From NCBI GenBank assembly GCA_031414775.1, contig JANOQI010000010.1:1-32945 (forward strand): a stretch of DNA of 32,945 nucleotides, in the 5' to 3' direction. Every line of letters starts with the position of its first letter. The first letter of the stretch is position 1. This stretch comes from Synechococcales cyanobacterium VAR_4_metabat_354 (GTDB lineage: Bacteria > Cyanobacteriota > Cyanobacteriia > Cyanobacteriales > Chamaesiphonaceae). Position numbers and translations under genes: made by a program. Below, piece after piece: positions 32,351-32,945 of the stretch. The notes under the pieces were generated by a model. It was not told the DNA's origin. It ran no database searches and saw nothing but the letters and a program-made list of their open reading frames with translations.

Positions 32351-32642
32351 TCATCGATTCTCTAAAATACCAGAGTATCTTCTGGCTATCGATCGACTAA
32401 AGTAAAACCTACTCTTCGCAACACTTCTGGATACCTGGTATTAAAATTAAGTACAGCTTAACCTGACACATTTTCTTGAATAAAATATCTAATTTTCCTT
32501 CAGGATCGTAAGAATAAATATTCACAGAGTAGAATCATATTAATTTGGAATGGAGCCAGCTATGGCAGATCTAATTTTCGCTCTAATTAATTTTCCCCCT
32601 CTTCTGTTCCAGTGAAAAGTACTCTAACCCTGCCTTAGCCTA

Positions 32643-32945
32643 TTAACGAAAAATTTGCCGCCAAGCTTCAACAGTACCAACTCCAATTTCAGAATCCACG
32701 TTAAAACCATTAACGGTCAGTATTCTAATTCGCACATTTTTATTGATCGGAACATTAGCCAATGCCTGGGCAAGTTCTAGTGGAACTGAACCCTGCTCAT
32801 ATTTACAATACTCCGGACACATTTTGAGCGGTTTTTGGAGCGCAAGCCCTGATGCTCTCGTAGGCTCGATATTTATTTCAATGTCTGGATTATCCCAGAC
32901 ATTGAAATAAATCCCAATTCCTGAATTAAAGGTGCTGAAAGCCTT
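32643..32945 (-). CDS. Hypothetical protein, C-terminal part (runs off the window)
   Basis: Open frame of 100 codons ending ...LAQALANVPINKNVRIRILTVNGFNVDSEIGVGTVEAWRQIFR*. Confidence 0.6.
   Translation of the reverse strand, partial: KAFSTFNSGIGIYFNVWDNPDIEINIEPTRASGLALQKPLKMCPEYCKYEQGSVPLELAQALANVPINKNVRIRILTVNGFNVDSEIGVGTVEAWRQIFR
32871..32912. repeat. 18-bp perfect inverted repeat with 6-nt loop
   Basis: ATTTATTTCAATGTCTGG-ATTATC-CCAGACATTGAAATAAAT. Confidence 0.9.

Noticed and set aside
1..32945. CRISPR arrays, tRNA or rRNA genes
   Set aside because: No regularly spaced repeats or recognisable structural RNA genes seen.

Overview
Cyanobacterial chromosomal window. Bases 183-17358 (minus strand) hold the conserved cyanobacterial ribosomal-protein supercluster, rplC through secY, adk, infA, rpmJ, rpsM, rpsK, rpoA, rplQ, truA, rplM, rpsI, rpmE and prfA. 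As usual in cyanobacteria it lacks rpsJ, rpsN, rpmD and rpsD. The 3' end of an IS982-family element sits just past its terminator. Next come a putative papain-like hypothetical gene, pheT, an SpkB-like Ser/Thr kinase and purD. The most unusual part is the ~2.9 kb between convergent purD and gltB (24297-27218). It holds a MITE, a small gene/aspartyl-protease pair, a triple-frameshifted membrane-protein gene, a diverged duplicate of the last 26 codons of gltB fused to a truncated MazF/PemK toxin, a chimeric antitoxin-like ORF and a DUF6888/DUF6887-like pair. This looks like a recombination hotspot where small cassettes are stacked behind the gltB 3' end. Also notable are an 18-aa insertion in RpoA, candidate r-protein leader RNAs, a degenerate HIP1 pattern (GCGATCGC plus TCGATCGA), a Uma2 fragment, and an 18-bp perfect inverted repeat inside the last ORF. 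Family assignments come from recalled sequence patterns, not database searches.
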